Source of the DNA: an uncultured virus (IMG/VR IMGVR_UViG_3300030708_001148)
Lineage: Duplodnaviria; Heunggongvirae; Uroviricota; Caudoviricetes
DNA: 64,000 bases
IMG/VR virus record: IMGVR_UViG_3300030708_001148
Reading direction: 5' to 3' (one strand)
Below, in pieces: positions 18,962 to 26,874 of the stretch (its first letter is position 1; each line of letters opens with the position of its first letter). The translations under genes were made by a program, and so were the position numbers. The notes under the pieces are model-generated. The model searched no databases and was not told the DNA's origin. It worked only from the letters and a program-made list of their open reading frames with translations.

Positions 18962-19056
18962 AGATTCTAAGAAGAATATGGGATTGGATTACATTTGACG
19001 AAGGAATGACATGGGAAAGATACCATAGGAATATGGAAAGGAGGAAGAGAAAATGA
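18958..19056 (+). CDS. 32 aa basic mini-ORF
   Basis: MKILRRIWDWITFDEGMTWERYHRNMERRKRK; ATGA overlaps at both ends. Confidence 0.5.
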   Translation: MKILRRIWDWITFDEGMTWERYHRNMERRKRK

Positions 19057-19262
19057 AATGTGTAGTATGTCTTAGAGAAGGGGGTAATGATGAGGAAGGT
19101 GTCATAACCCTACAAAGCACATCTCATGGTTCTGTTTGTCCTAGATGCATAGACCAACTAGTAGGAGATGTCATAAAAATGAGAAGACCGTGGACTAAGG
19201 AAGACTTGAAGAAATGGGGAATAAGAAGCGAATGGGCATTATATGGAGATGGTAAAGAATGA
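19053..19262 (+). CDS. Zinc-finger mini-protein
   Basis: CVVC...CPRC. Confidence 0.6.
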   Translation: MKCVVCLREGGNDEEGVITLQSTSHGSVCPRCIDQLVGDVIKMRRPWTKEDLKKWGIRSEWALYGDGKE

Positions 19263-19492
19263 GAAGAGCAAGAAGCGTAACACACGTAGAATATGAGATA
19301 TTACAATGGATAGGAAGAAAGGCTTGGTTAGACCAACTGATGGTTGAGATGATACCGAAAGGAGACAATGTTGCTGAGAAGAGATTCAGGAAGGGAGCAG
19401 AGAACATCTGTAGGTATCTTGAGAACATGATGGAAAGAAGACAACACAAGTTACCTAAAGACCATGATGCTTACAAGGAGAAAGAAGAATGA
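19259..19492 (+). CDS. Hypothetical protein
   Basis: ATGA-coupled at both ends. Confidence 0.6.
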   Translation: MRRARSVTHVEYEILQWIGRKAWLDQLMVEMIPKGDNVAEKRFRKGAENICRYLENMMERRQHKLPKDHDAYKEKEE

Positions 19493-19587
19493 ACTCTGAT
19501 ATGTATTGGTCTATGATGCACAGGCTAAATCAAGGTAGAGTAAACACAAAACAACTAAGAAAACAATTAGGAGATGAGGAAGAATGA
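19489..19587 (+). CDS. 32 aa mini-ORF
   Basis: MNSDMYWSMMHRLNQGRVNTKQLRKQLGDEEE; ATGA overlaps. Confidence 0.45.
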   Translation: MNSDMYWSMMHRLNQGRVNTKQLRKQLGDEEE

Positions 19588-19763
19588 CAATTTTCAAAGT
19601 AAATGATATAATAGTTAACAGAAATACAAATAAAAGAGCAATGGTAATAGATGTAGAACATGACTGGTATCTTCCAGTGTATGTAGTAGAATACCAAGAC
19701 AGCATAGGTGGGACGTTGAGGTTCAACAGCAATTATGTAAAACATTGGGAGAAGGTAGAATGA
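19584..19763 (+). CDS. 59 aa mini-protein, possible SH3-like barrel
   Basis: MTIFKVNDIIVNRNTNKRAMVIDV...YVVEY; its stop overlaps the PolB-C ATG. Confidence 0.55.
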   Translation: MTIFKVNDIIVNRNTNKRAMVIDVEHDWYLPVYVVEYQDSIGGTLRFNSNYVKHWEKVE

Positions 19764-20707
19764 AAGTAGTGTACGGACACACAGATTCAATCTATTGCAC
19801 AGTAGATTCTGTTGAGCATGCACAGGAAGTGTGTGAGAAGATTAACACAGAAGTACAGAAGTTATTTCCCAATGTGTTTGAATTGGATGAACATCCCGTT
19901 CAACTTGAGTTTGAGAAGTACTTCAAAAGTCTGGGAGTAGGTTCTACTAAGAACAGAAACGCTGGATTAGTTTCATGGAAAGACGGAGAGTTTCTAGAAG
20001 AAGATGAATTTGTTATGACTGGTTTTACTGCTAAGAGAATATCAGAAACACAATTAGCAAAAGATGTACAGATAAAAGTTCTAAACATGTGGGTTGCAAA
20101 CTGTGAGAAGGAAGAGATAGTAGAGTATCTAAATGAACTCTTTACTAAAGTTCTCTCAGGCTCTGATGATATAGAAGTCAAATCTTTAGTCAAGAGAAGC
20201 AGATTCAAAGACGAGAGATTTGAATGTAAATGCACTAACTGCAAGAGAAAGATTAACTTTCTTGTAACGACCTCTTCGTTCGGTTGTTGTGAGAGTCCTA
20301 ATCTAAAGACTCTAACAGGAAAGAGAGTCTCAATAAGAGAAGGAATCGAGGGAGTAGTTCATCAGAATTATCTAAAACAAGTCAACCAGAACGATGGTGT
20401 AACTGGATACGATGGTAGTAAGACATTCAATAACAATCTGATTATGGATTCATTCTTCTACATCAGAGTCAATGGTGCATTGTTTAGCAGATACATACAC
20501 CCTATCACTAAGGATATGAAGCAGACATCCTACATATCCAGTGAGAGTCTGTATGATATAGAACACATGGGTAGACACAAGATAGATTGGAAGTTCTACG
20601 CTGACACGGTGAAGAAGAAAGCAGAACCAATCTTTACTGCAATGGGTTGGGACACAAGTGAAATAGGAATAGATACAAGACAGAGAACAATAATGGAGTG
20701 GATATGA
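19760..20707 (+). CDS. polB: Family B DNA polymerase, C-terminal subunit (motif C, thumb)
   Basis: YGHTDS, LEFEK, KNR; Cys-rich insertion; C-terminal PIP-like QRTIMEW. Confidence 0.9.
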   Translation: MKVVYGHTDSIYCTVDSVEHAQEVCEKINTEVQKLFPNVFELDEHPVQLEFEKYFKSLGVGSTKNRNAGLVSWKDGEFLEEDEFVMTGFTAKRISETQLAKDVQIKVLNMWVANCEKEEIVEYLNELFTKVLSGSDDIEVKSLVKRSRFKDERFECKCTNCKRKINFLVTTSSFGCCESPNLKTLTGKRVSIREGIEGVVHQNYLKQVNQNDGVTGYDGSKTFNNNLIMDSFFYIRVNGALFSRYIHPITKDMKQTSYISSESLYDIEHMGRHKIDWKFYADTVKKKAEPIFTAMGWDTSEIGIDTRQRTIMEWI

Positions 20708-21544
20708 ATGAGAGAATACACATATGATTGGAACCCAGAGTGGGTTAATGATGAAAGCAAACCGATATTGAAGATAACTAAGTCTTCTAAAGGAACATTT
20801 GATTGGTGTCCGAAGAAGTACCAATTCAATTACATTGAGAGATTGCCTCAAGACCAAACGGAGGCAATGCGTAAGGGAACGATTGTCCACAATGCTAGAG
20901 AGGAATTCTTCAATGAGTTTGACATTAAGAAAGCAGAGGGTCTTTCCCATTCTGAATTAGTTGACTACTGCATTAGTCTTCACCCAATAGACGAGTACCA
21001 TGATTTGTATGAAACCATGTCCGTGTTTGAGGCGAATCGCTTCTTGGAATCCAAGAAAGATGAGACACTAGACAGTTTCCTACCTCCGGGAAATGAGGTA
21101 CTGCTTGATGCTGAGATAGAAGTAGATGGTGTACCAGTTCATTTACAGGGAATCATTGACAGACTGTTCGTTGAGAATGGCGCATACATTCCTATGGAAC
21201 TAAAGACTGGATTGTGGAAAGACTACAAGTCTACTATGATGAGACAGGAAATGGCCTTCTACAAACTATTGTTGGATAATGCCCCAGATGAATTAAAGGT
21301 TGAGAAAGGATTAGTACCGGGGATGGAAATGAGTCATTGGGGTTGGTATTATCCGGCTTCTCATTATGTAACGGTAGAACCTGTGAAGAAAAGAACTGAG
21401 ACATCACTGATGAAGAACCTTGCAAAACTAGTCGAAGCGTACAGAGTTGGGTTATTTCCAACTAAGTTCTTTGCAAAGACTTGTGCAACATGTAGTTATT
21501 TCAACATCTGTGATGCTACAACAGGACCGGAGAGTTGGCTATGA
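20708..21544 (+). CDS. Cas4-like PD-(D/E)XK nuclease with an Fe-S staple
   Basis: CPKKY, GIIDR, ELKTG, QxxxY, CATCSYFNIC. Confidence 0.85.
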   Translation: MREYTYDWNPEWVNDESKPILKITKSSKGTFDWCPKKYQFNYIERLPQDQTEAMRKGTIVHNAREEFFNEFDIKKAEGLSHSELVDYCISLHPIDEYHDLYETMSVFEANRFLESKKDETLDSFLPPGNEVLLDAEIEVDGVPVHLQGIIDRLFVENGAYIPMELKTGLWKDYKSTMMRQEMAFYKLLLDNAPDELKVEKGLVPGMEMSHWGWYYPASHYVTVEPVKKRTETSLMKNLAKLVEAYRVGLFPTKFFAKTCATCSYFNICDATTGPESWL

Positions 21545-21672
21545 ATGGAGATGAGTTAGAGTATTGGAGTCAAGACCACTTTGCTAGAATGGCTTTGTTC
21601 AGAACAATAGCGGCAGGAGTGAACATATTGTTGTCGCTAGTGTTGATAGCAAAAATATGGGGAGTGATATAA
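21541..21672 (+). CDS. 43 aa single-TM protein
   Basis: Hand translation ending IAAGVNILLSLVLIAKIWGVI; coupled at both ends. Confidence 0.5.
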   Translation: MNGDELEYWSQDHFARMALFRTIAAGVNILLSLVLIAKIWGVI

Positions 21673-22040
21673 TGATAGAAGAAAAGGTAAAAGAAATGCT
21701 AAATCAGAAACAGTGGACATTAGCAGAACTACAGGATATGAAAGGATTGGTATCCGTATTCTCTGATAAGATATACGGTGAAATGAATGCTAAAGAGAAA
21801 TTAGATATGGTCTGGGAAGAACCACTTAATAATGTTGAACAAGCAAATTTTGGTAGATTATTCTACTACATGGTCATTGGAAAAATATCAGAAGAGGTAG
21901 CAGTCGTGCTAAAGAAACTACTAATGAATGCGAATGTAAATTTTAATGGAGGTAATAAGAATGAAGTTTCCGAGGGAAGTATGGGCGGGCAGTCACTTGA
22001 AGAACGCCCCGCAGATGAAAAGACAGATAGTGAAGAGTAA
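21672..22040 (+). CDS. Hypothetical protein
   Basis: TAATG-coupled ORF. Confidence 0.6.
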   Translation: MIEEKVKEMLNQKQWTLAELQDMKGLVSVFSDKIYGEMNAKEKLDMVWEEPLNNVEQANFGRLFYYMVIGKISEEVAVVLKKLLMNANVNFNGGNKNEVSEGSMGGQSLEERPADEKTDSEE

Positions 22041-22935
22041 GGAAGAGTTTACTGAGTGGGTTAATACCTACAATGGAATAATGAATTGTTATACCACAGT
22101 CTATGACTTCGCTGATTTTACGGACAATGCAAAGGTGGATTCCTCTGTTATCTTGGACAAGATGTTTCTTGATTTCGATGCTCACGGTGAGCCTTTGGAA
22201 AATGCAGGTAAGGACTTCGTAAGCGTCCACAAGTTTTTTGTTGAACAAAACATCAAACACGACACCATCTTTTCGGGAAAAGGATTTCATATTATAGCAT
22301 ACGGTGAAGTCGCTGATGATATCAGATGCATTCAAGAGTATTATACCGAGTTGGCTAAGGATTATCCTACGTTAGACAGAACAGGAATACAGACCAACAG
22401 ACTTCGTAGAATTCCTAATACAGTAAATCTTAGCACAGATGAGGGTCTGTATTGTCAAGGGGTAGTGCCTGAAGAGTGGAGAATAAGTTTGTTGTGGAGA
22501 GATGGCAGAAAGGTTACTTTTGGTGAAACACTAATACAATGGCCGAAGGTCAAACCTATATCAATGTCAGAGACTCTGATAGAAGTTCCAGAAGCAATCG
22601 GTAGAATACCAATACTACCCTGCTTACAGAATGCCATCACGGTAGAGAACCCAAGCCATATGGCAAGAGTGTACCTTGTGCAATGGTATAGGGATATTCT
22701 ATCATTGGGTAATAGGGATGTAGACCAAGAGAAACAAGCAGAAATAGTTGCTACGATAATGAATGAACTAGAATACATAGCATCGAGAGATGAGATATGG
22801 TTGGATTGGGATGCGGAAGTCACAAGAAAGAACGTGGCTTGGATAGTTAGTAAGGGATACAATGCACCCGGTTGCAAGAACTCCCTAATTCCTCAAGGAT
22901 ATTGCGTAGGAAAATGTTGGAGGTATCACGAATGA
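21961..22935 (+). CDS. Archaeo-eukaryotic primase, PriS fused to a PriL C-terminal Fe-S domain
   Basis: DFD, SGKGFH and RRIPNT (AEP motifs), then PCLQ, HMAR, YNAPGCK, CVGKC. Confidence 0.85.
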   Translation: MKFPREVWAGSHLKNAPQMKRQIVKSKEEFTEWVNTYNGIMNCYTTVYDFADFTDNAKVDSSVILDKMFLDFDAHGEPLENAGKDFVSVHKFFVEQNIKHDTIFSGKGFHIIAYGEVADDIRCIQEYYTELAKDYPTLDRTGIQTNRLRRIPNTVNLSTDEGLYCQGVVPEEWRISLLWRDGRKVTFGETLIQWPKVKPISMSETLIEVPEAIGRIPILPCLQNAITVENPSHMARVYLVQWYRDILSLGNRDVDQEKQAEIVATIMNELEYIASRDEIWLDWDAEVTRKNVAWIVSKGYNAPGCKNSLIPQGYCVGKCWRYHE

Positions 22936-23636
22936 ATAAACTATACATTGACAGTAGAGAAAAATCGCCGTTGGCAAAACTAGTGATGGAAGAAGCAAAG
23001 AAACTCAACATACCTTATGAACAAGTATGGTTAGAGATAGGAGACTACACCTTTGATGATGTTTGCTTTGAAGCAAAGTCTGCATTTGACTTCTTGATGT
23101 CTGTAATGAATAAGAGACTCTGGAATCAAATAGACAATATGGATAGAGCGTTCAGTAATAATCTAGTAATTGTGTATGGTAAAGCACAAGATGCCATATC
23201 CCAATGGCTAGACAATGCCAAGACTGTAAATCCTAGTAACAGAATGAATCATTACAGACTAGTACACAATAAATTCTATGGAGCAATGGGAAAGATAATC
23301 CTAGATACAGATTGTAATATTATCTGGACACCCTACATAGATAATGCGGCAAAGGTAATTACTGTCGTATGTAAAATGCAACCACACGAAAGAGAAGTAT
23401 ACACACCAAGACTGATAAAGAAAAAAATAAGCACAACCGACCTAAGAATAGACGTACTAACAACAATAAAGGGACTAAGTGAGAAAAAAACAAAACAACT
23501 AATAGAAAAATATGGGTCAATAATGGAGATTGGAGAAGCCAGTGTGAAAGAACTCCAAGAAATAGAGGGAATCGGACCTACTCTAGCCTCAAGAATTAAT
23601 GAGGTGTTAAACTCCGAGGATAAACAAGTGATTTGA
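22932..23636 (+). CDS. ERCC4/XPF-family structure-specific nuclease with HhH motifs
   Basis: IDSRE, GDY, EAK; HhH motifs IKGLS and IEGIGP. Confidence 0.88.
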   Translation: MNKLYIDSREKSPLAKLVMEEAKKLNIPYEQVWLEIGDYTFDDVCFEAKSAFDFLMSVMNKRLWNQIDNMDRAFSNNLVIVYGKAQDAISQWLDNAKTVNPSNRMNHYRLVHNKFYGAMGKIILDTDCNIIWTPYIDNAAKVITVVCKMQPHEREVYTPRLIKKKISTTDLRIDVLTTIKGLSEKKTKQLIEKYGSIMEIGEASVKELQEIEGIGPTLASRINEVLNSEDKQVI

Positions 23637-25142
23637 ATGGATAATATAATAGATATTGAAGATGAAGACAGGCTATACTATGAAGGTCTAGCCGTAGAAC
23701 AAGAGAAGAGAGATGGAGATGAGATGTCATTACCATCGGTAGTTGAAGACTATGTGAATAGTGCAGTACAGGTATCAAAGTACAACAACGTACCTGCCGC
23801 ACTCACGTTCTTTACACTACTAGGTCAACTAACATACCCTATGGTTAAGATAGCAAGGGGTAGGAGCAGGGATGATACAAGGATAAACTTCCTTTGGATG
23901 CAGACTTCTGGAACGGGAAAGTCCGAGATGTACAACTTCTTTGGTCCCGTTGCTAAGATGACATTTGAAATGATTAATGCAACATATGAGGACCAGATAA
24001 TTGTAAACGATGTACCAGTACATTATGATATATTTGATGTAAAGGACATCACTGATGCCGCACTAGTTGGCTCTGGTGAGAAAGAAGAACAACTGGTCGA
24101 ACAGGAGAACGGCCCACCTAGAAGAGAGAAGGTGGTTGTTTTCAAGAAAGGAGCATTGGATGGTAGTGGTCTTTGTGTCTATGATGAGTTTGAGTATTCT
24201 GGTGTATTCAAGCAGTCTCAACACAAAGAGAATGTCATCATGTACCTAAACACATTGATGAACACCCTATGGGGAAAGAACTACCAGATTAGTAAGAAGT
24301 TGAAGGATTTTGAAGAACCAATAATTTGTGATAGTAGAAGGGGAGTATATGCTACAACATACATCCCAAAGGACTTGACTAAGGTTATTGCGGAAAAGGG
24401 AGTTATGCAAAGAATGCTCATCTTCATCTGGGAAGTACCACAGTACATTCAAGACCAGATAAATGAGGATATGATTGAGGAAGTAGGAGTTATCGTTGAT
24501 TCTGAAAGACCAATCAAGAAGTACGCCAACGCCTTCTTGGTAATATATGATGCTCTTAGAAAGAGATACGAAGAAGTGGGACAAGACCCTGAGAAGACAA
24601 TAGTTTACGGTGAGGACTTCAATGCGGCGTTGAAAAACGAATGGAGAAGCATGAGAAACTACGTTACCAATAGTAGGCCCGAAGTCTTTGAGATTGCAGG
24701 TAACTTCATCACTAGACTGCTAGGTACTCTAACTAAACTGTCCGTATTGTGCGCTATAGCAGAAGCACCGGGTATCACTGATGAAAAGCAAAGATATATT
24801 GTGACTTCAAGAAATGTCAGACAGGCTTCCTCGCTTGTTCGACAATGCTATAAATCATTGGTATCGTGGCTAGATACGGCACTAAAGGTTAGGAGGGAAA
24901 CACTAGAGGCAAAAACAGGTATGCTTGACTTTAAACAGGCATACCAAGATACCAAACCAAAAGACGATGAGTGGGTTGCTAAGACTGTACTATTGGCTCA
25001 AGTTAGGAAAAACACAAATAAAGGAGAGTCAACAATTTATCGTCACTTTCAAAAACATGAGGACAAATTTGAGAAGAAGAAAATAGGTGTGAAGGTATAC
25101 GTTAAACTAAAGGAGGAAAAACAAAATGACCAAAACATATGA
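23637..25142 (+). CDS. AAA+ ATPase, probable replicative helicase (MCM-like)
   Basis: SGTGKS, ITDAALVG, YDEFE, QR arginine finger, C-terminal wHTH-like region. Confidence 0.7.
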   Translation: MDNIIDIEDEDRLYYEGLAVEQEKRDGDEMSLPSVVEDYVNSAVQVSKYNNVPAALTFFTLLGQLTYPMVKIARGRSRDDTRINFLWMQTSGTGKSEMYNFFGPVAKMTFEMINATYEDQIIVNDVPVHYDIFDVKDITDAALVGSGEKEEQLVEQENGPPRREKVVVFKKGALDGSGLCVYDEFEYSGVFKQSQHKENVIMYLNTLMNTLWGKNYQISKKLKDFEEPIICDSRRGVYATTYIPKDLTKVIAEKGVMQRMLIFIWEVPQYIQDQINEDMIEEVGVIVDSERPIKKYANAFLVIYDALRKRYEEVGQDPEKTIVYGEDFNAALKNEWRSMRNYVTNSRPEVFEIAGNFITRLLGTLTKLSVLCAIAEAPGITDEKQRYIVTSRNVRQASSLVRQCYKSLVSWLDTALKVRRETLEAKTGMLDFKQAYQDTKPKDDEWVAKTVLLAQVRKNTNKGESTIYRHFQKHEDKFEKKKIGVKVYVKLKEEKQNDQNI

Positions 25143-25368
25143 TTACAAATACATAGTCTTCAAGATAGAAGATGGACCTAAGATAATAACTGAGCAGTTG
25201 AAAACCTATGGGCAAGAAGGTTGGTTGATGACTGATATGATTACCATTAATGGTGGTGAACATCTAGTAGCATGGCTTGCCAAAGAAACCATCGTGGAAA
25301 GTCCCGACCCACAGAAGTCCAAGAAAAATAAGATAACAACTCTTTGGACTGAAGGTGATTCAGAATGA
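25126..25368 (+). CDS. DUF4177-like small protein
   Basis: YDYK...LKTYGQEGW pattern. Confidence 0.55.
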   Translation: MTKTYDYKYIVFKIEDGPKIITEQLKTYGQEGWLMTDMITINGGEHLVAWLAKETIVESPDPQKSKKNKITTLWTEGDSE

Positions 25369-25958
25369 ATGTGATGGCAATTGACTTAGAGACAAAGAAT
25401 TTTGCTCATGAAATTGGCGGGTGGGGAAACACTCACATGTTTCAAGTTAGCACAGTATGTACTTGGGATGGAGATGTAGGTAATATTTACATTGATAAGA
25501 ATGTAGATAGTCTAGAAAAAAGCAACGTCAATATCAAGCCTCTTTCTCAATTGAAGTTTGACTTGGATGATTTTAGAAAAGATGATGGTTATCTTCTTGG
25601 GCATAACATAGTGGCTTTTGATTTACCTGTATTGAAGAATGCAATGGATATCTATTGCATTAAGGAGTATCTAGATAAAAAAGCGTATATTGATACTAGT
25701 GCCATAGTAAGTAAAGCATATGGAGAAAGATACAGTCTCTCAAACTTATGCCAACATACACTAGGTCTTGATAAGATAATGGATAGTGCTGATGCTCCTG
25801 TCGTTTGGAAGTCTGGTGGTTATATGGAAGTAGCAGAATACTGTCTAAAGGATTGTCAACTAGTATTCGACTTGTGGAAACATGGGCAAAATAATTCAAT
25901 TGTCAAGGGTTATTCAATTGACAATGAGGAAATGAAGGAACTGGAGGTGAAATGGTAA
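25365..25958 (+). CDS. DEDD/RNase H-like 3'-5' exonuclease
   Basis: DLET, GHNIVAFD, YCLKD. Confidence 0.85.
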   Translation: MNVMAIDLETKNFAHEIGGWGNTHMFQVSTVCTWDGDVGNIYIDKNVDSLEKSNVNIKPLSQLKFDLDDFRKDDGYLLGHNIVAFDLPVLKNAMDIYCIKEYLDKKAYIDTSAIVSKAYGERYSLSNLCQHTLGLDKIMDSADAPVVWKSGGYMEVAEYCLKDCQLVFDLWKHGQNNSIVKGYSIDNEEMKELEVKW

Positions 25959-26119
25959 TGGCAACGACACTTGAGTGGATTGGCTGGATAGTCTTCGTCT
26001 TCATCATTTCTCTATTGTTCTTTGCCGCCTTCGGTAATTCTAAGTATTCCGAAGATAGCATAGAAGAATATATGGAGAAATTGATTGAAGAAGAGAGGCG
26101 TAGAAGTGGGTCTTCGTAG
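25958..26119 (+). CDS. 53 aa single-TM membrane protein
   Basis: MATTLEWIGWIVFVFIISLLFFAAFG followed by a charged tail; GGAGGTGA upstream. Confidence 0.6.
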   Translation: MATTLEWIGWIVFVFIISLLFFAAFGNSKYSEDSIEEYMEKLIEEERRRSGSS

Positions 26120-26237
26120 TTTCTGTCCTTCTTGTAACGATTACAATATTCCTCGTAGAATAGAGGGAAAGGTAGTCGGCTCCTCCGAGAAACTATTGTT
26201 TTGGCAATGTAGAAAATGTAAAGCCTTGTGGTCGTGA
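26106..26237 (+). CDS. 43 aa TFS/TFIIS-like zinc-ribbon protein
   Basis: GTG start; CPSC-x24-CRKC-xxx-W. Confidence 0.55.
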   Translation: MGLRSFCPSCNDYNIPRRIEGKVVGSSEKLLFWQCRKCKALWS

Positions 26238-26253
26238 AAGCGGCCACTTGGTC

Positions 26254-26294
26254 TTTTTTTATCGCAAATTTTTTTGTTCGTATTTTTTTGTTTT
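26254..26294 (+). terminator. Oligo-T tracts, archaeal-type terminator of the replication operon
   Basis: Three T7 runs in the first clearly non-coding gap after the operon. Confidence 0.65.
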
Positions 26295-26485
26295 CTGCAA
26301 AGATTGACGAAATAATAAAATAGAAGTTAGTGCTAAAACTACACCATGTGTTTAGCCGACCTAATGAAAAGGCATCCTGATTGGGACTGGGACTATTGGA
26401 GGGCACAGGTAGAATGATATTCACCACGAATGTAGACTACAAAATATATTACAATCAGGGACAAGTGTACAGGGAGAAATGAGAG

Positions 26486-26608
26486 TTGGAGTATAGCCCC
26501 TTTCTTCCTGTCTACATCCTGATGGGATTCTTTCTCTTCTGTGCTTCGTTTCTTCTAGTGAATGAGTTCAAGGAAATTGCCAAGTATTTCAGGAGTGAGG
26601 AACAATGA
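26486..26608 (+). CDS. 40 aa single-TM protein
   Basis: TTG start; PFLPVYILMGFFLFCASFLLV. Confidence 0.4.
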   Translation: MEYSPFLPVYILMGFFLFCASFLLVNEFKEIAKYFRSEEQ

Positions 26609-26766
26609 TTGAGATTTTGGATATGGGGCTTCTGAATAATTTCAGTATTGAAATACCCTTGAGTTTCTATATTCCCTACCTAGTAGTCCTCACAAGTGGT
26701 CTAATCTCTTGGTTAGGCAGGTTGGACTACCTTGCTATGGAGTGGGCTAGAAAGCATTCCCTTTAG
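26605..26766 (+). CDS. 53 aa membrane protein
   Basis: ATGA-coupled, GGAGTGAGG upstream; hydrophobic core. Confidence 0.45.
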   Translation: MIEILDMGLLNNFSIEIPLSFYIPYLVVLTSGLISWLGRLDYLAMEWARKHSL

Positions 26767-26874
26767 GGTGGGTAAAAACAGTCATCTAGAAAATTAATTT
26801 ACAATGGGGTTGCATTTTGGATTTACCGTTGAAGAAAGTCAAATTGAACCGCTTTCGTTGGTGGGATTGTGAAC

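Noticed and set aside
18857..19759. Split intein or intron in PolB
   Set aside because: No N-terminal Cys/Ser intein block, no His-Asn end and no recognisable intron structure; the gap is tiled by coupled ORFs.
17114..20707. PolB pseudogene
   Set aside because: Both halves are intact and long, keep the catalytic Asp residues and a PIP-like tail, and have proper starts.
20708..21544. Cas4 as part of a CRISPR-Cas system
   Set aside because: No cas1/cas2 or array in the window; solo Cas4-like nucleases are common in viral replication modules.
25903..26427. 174 aa - strand ORF
   Set aside because: Antisense to coupled + strand small genes and crosses the T-tract terminator; no motif.
26770..26874. 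tRNA, ncRNA or replication origin in the convergence gap
   Set aside because: No cloverleaf, T-loop consensus or iterated repeats were visible; a covariance-model search was not possible.
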